Assembly (NCBI RefSeq): GCF_006345805.1
Contig: NW_021834811.1
Coordinates: 1 to 55,606, forward strand
Source: Octopus sinensis
Lineage: Eukaryota
Length of the DNA stretch: 55,606 bases
Reading direction: 5' to 3'
Below the pieces are notes generated by a model. The model was not told where the DNA came from. It saw only the letters and a program-made list of their open reading frames with translations, and searched no databases. A program made the translations under genes and the position numbers. Below, piece after piece: positions 53,074 through 55,606 of this stretch. The stretch's first letter is position 1; the number at the start of each line of letters is the position of its first letter.

Positions 53074-53445
53074 ACGGCAAGCTAGGAGAAACGTTCGTAC
53101 ACCAGGCGAAATGCTTAGCGGTATTTTGTCTGCCGCTACGTTCCGTGTTCAAATTCTGCCGAGGTCGGCTTTGCCTCTCATCCTTTCGGGGTCAATAAAA
53201 TAAGTACCAGTTACGCACTGGGGTCGATATATTCGACTTAATCTGTTTGTCTGTCCTTGTTTGTCCCCTCTGTGTTTAGCCCCTTCTGGGTAGTAAAGAA
53301 TTTGGTATTTTGTCTGCCTTTACATTCTGAGTTCAAATTCTGCCGAGGACAACTTTGCTTTTCATCCTTTCGGGTTCGATAAATTAAGTACCTGTTGCGT
53401 ACTGGGGTCTATCTAAACGACTGGCCCCCTCTCCCAAAATTTCGG
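53074..53445 (+). mobile_element. Dimeric SINE family B
   Basis: Same GTAAAGAA..GGTATTT junction as 45840-46490. Confidence 0.85.
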
Positions 53446-53577
53446 AGGAGTGGCTGTTTGGTAAGAAGTTTGCTTCCCAGGCACATGGTTCCAAGCAAAT
53501 GTCATGAAAACCTCGTGAGTAAATTGGATTTGGTAATCAGAAGCTGAAAGAAGCCCGTCGTATGTATGTGTGTGTGT

Positions 53578-53617
<40 letters not shown>

Positions 53618-53835
53618 TGTGTGTGCGAGTGTGTGTATTTGAATCTGTGTTTGTCCCCCCACCGTCGCTTGACAATCGATGATGGTGTGTTTACATCCCA
53701 GGAGATTAGCGGTTCGACAAAACAGACCGATAGTGTAAGCACTAGGCTTACAAAAAATAAGTTCTGGTGTCGATTTGTTCGAATAAAAGGCGGTGCTGCA
53801 GCATGGTCGGTGTCAAATGACTGAAATAAGTACAA
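53445..53835 (+). mobile_element. SINE family A, diverged
   Basis: GGAGTGGCTGTTTGGTAAG head, (TG)n linker, tail. Confidence 0.85.
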
Positions 53836-53846
53836 TAATACAAGAA

Positions 53847-53877
<31 letters not shown>

Positions 53878-53895
53878 TGTGTGTGTGTGTATCTC

Positions 53896-54091
53896 CAAGG
53901 GGGTACTCAAATATTACAGGCTTTAAGGGTATAGCGAACAGCCTTGTTGGAGGCCCAATCTTTCGAGTTCTTTTACAGGGCTTAGAGAACCTGGTGCAAA
54001 GCTACAGTAAGCTTGTGAATATGTCGAATAAAATCATAATTAACTGACCCTTCTGTATTTTCTGTTACCCGAAGAACGATTTAACACCTTG
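53896..54091 (+). mobile_element. Mariner-derived MITE retaining the transposase C-terminus
   Basis: GLENLV... and GAA TAT GTC GAA TAA (EYVE*, 54017-31); homologous to 28519-28732. Confidence 0.65.
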
Positions 54092-54159
54092 TATCTGTGT
54101 GTGTACACACACACGCACGTGCACACATATATGTCTATATGTATATATGTATGTATGTA

Positions 54160-54360
54160 TGTATTTGTATGTTTGTGTTCGTGCCCCCCACCATCGCTTG
54201 ACTGCCGATATTCGTGTGTTTATGTAACCGTAACTTAGCGGTTCGGCAAAAGAGACCGATAGAATAGGTAGTAGGCTTACAAAGAAAAAGTCGTGGTATC
54301 GATTTGTTCGATTAAAGGTGGTGCTCCAGCATGGCAGCAGCAAAATGACTGAAACGAAAG
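54160..54360 (+). mobile_element. SINE family A tail
   Basis: Homologous to other A tails. Confidence 0.85.
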
Positions 54361-54372
54361 AATATTTTCAAA

Positions 54373-54404
<32 letters not shown>

Positions 54405-54428
54405 TTTATATAAAAGCAGCAGAAATAT

Positions 54429-54481
54429 AACAAAAGCTGCTACTCAGAGTTTCACGTTCCCGTTCATCGGACAGTTTTGTT
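54429..54481 (-). ncRNA. Putative hammerhead, CCGATGA core variant
   Basis: Revcomp reads AACAAAACTGT CCGATGA ACG GGAA CGT GAAA CTC T GAGTA GCAGCTTTTGTT. Confidence 0.55.
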
Positions 54482-54640
54482 AAATGTTAACATGTCTATT
54501 ATATATATATATATATTAATATATATATATATAGATGTACGGGAAGCTTTATGAAATAAAAAAAGATAAGGCTGGTGGAGTACAAACAAACAATTGTATT
54601 AGAAGGCACCATCAGAATATAAAATAGAACAATTCTTTTA

Positions 54641-54678
54641 CTTTTACATTTCGAGCCTACGCTCTTCAACAGAAAGAT
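54641..54678 (-). ncRNA. Putative hammerhead-like fold, CUGUUGA variant, decayed
   Basis: Revcomp reads ATCTTT CTGTTGA A GAGC GTAG GCTC GAAAT GTA AAAG; related copy at 54950-54985. Confidence 0.35.
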
Positions 54679-54795
54679 ACGAAAAGAAACAAGGAGAGAG
54701 AAACAAGGAGAGAAAAAAATTGCGTGTTGGGGCTAACGATCCAATTCTGATTTCAGTTCTGATTTCAGGGTTAAAATGTTAACATGTTCCATTTT

Positions 54796-54848
54796 AACAA
54801 AACTGTCCGACGAACGGGAACGTGAAACTCTGAGTAACAGCTTTTGTT
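54796..54848 (+). ncRNA. Putative type I hammerhead, CCGACGA core variant (best-folding copy)
   Basis: Stem I AACAAAACTGT/ACAG(C)TTTTGTT, CCGACGA, ACG-GGAA-CGT, GAAA, ACTC-T-GAGT, GUA site ending 54836. Confidence 0.62.
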
Positions 54849-55606
54849 ATATATATATATATATACTGAGAACTTACAAAGAAAAATATAAAGACGAAAA
54901 CGGGTAGCAAACAGAAGTATTAGTTTAACGCTCTTAGAAGTGAGAAGGTCTTTCATGTTTCGAGTCTACGATCTTCAACAGAAACGAACACAGAAATAAA
55001 TAAGGAGAGAAAATAAGAATAGGTTTAGTGGCTAGCGATTGTTTATAGTAGATTTCATGTTCGGAAGTGTCTTGCAATTCCGGGGAAGGAGAACAATATC
55101 AGCTAGTTTCGAATTAAACAAGTACTTGGGCACTCATGAGACTGCAAGATCTATACTTCAGATGTAGTTGCCCTTCATCTCACAAATACTGTCATTTATT
55201 TATATTGAACCTATCATAAATTCGCCTCAATACCCCATCCTATAATAGCACTCTATTTTTCAATTTTTCCCACCATCACTAGGCATATATTGTTATGAAT
55301 ACATGTGATTTTGTTCACATTTTGTGTAAAGTTTTTTGCATAATGTAATATGGATATCATTAATAATGATCTTGGTGACTATCAACAATTTAGATACATA
55401 TAAAAAAAACTGCTAAATAGATTATGCACAGACAAATGCAATATCTATATTTTAACAAATATATCTATTAAAATGCTGGTATTATATTATATATATATAT
55501 TTATATACTGACTCTTTAAACATGATGTCGTGCCCTGAGCCCCATAAAAAATATAATATATATTCATTGGTAAGTATACCCTAAAGATCCGTAGGCTTAT
55601 TAGGGA

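Overview
AT-rich, microsatellite-saturated eukaryotic genomic DNA. The SINE families and simple-repeat load resemble octopus (coleoid cephalopod) DNA; that is my recognition, not a database result. No host protein-coding gene could be identified, and almost all ORF-track entries are translations of microsatellites. The window is mostly transposable elements: about 30 tRNA-derived SINE copies from 4-5 families, CR1-like, RTE and R4/Dong-like LINE fragments, mariner remnants and MITEs, and a young Neptune-type Penelope-like element (PLE) at 48212-52692 with inverted pseudo-LTRs and an open GIY-YIG ORF. Two themes stand out. (1) At least four unrelated hammerhead-ribozyme (HHR) families can be folded by eye: a canonical-core HHR with a giant stem II in the PLE, an HHR inside a tRNA-headed SINE-like element, a CCGAYGA-core variant that occurs as inverted pairs at (TA)n, and a CUGUUGA variant. 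(2) Retroelements sit precisely inside the internal microsatellite linkers of SINEs: Dong-like in (AAT)n, the PLE in (TA)n. A third element sits in (GATA)n. Frameshifts in homopolymers may be assembly errors.
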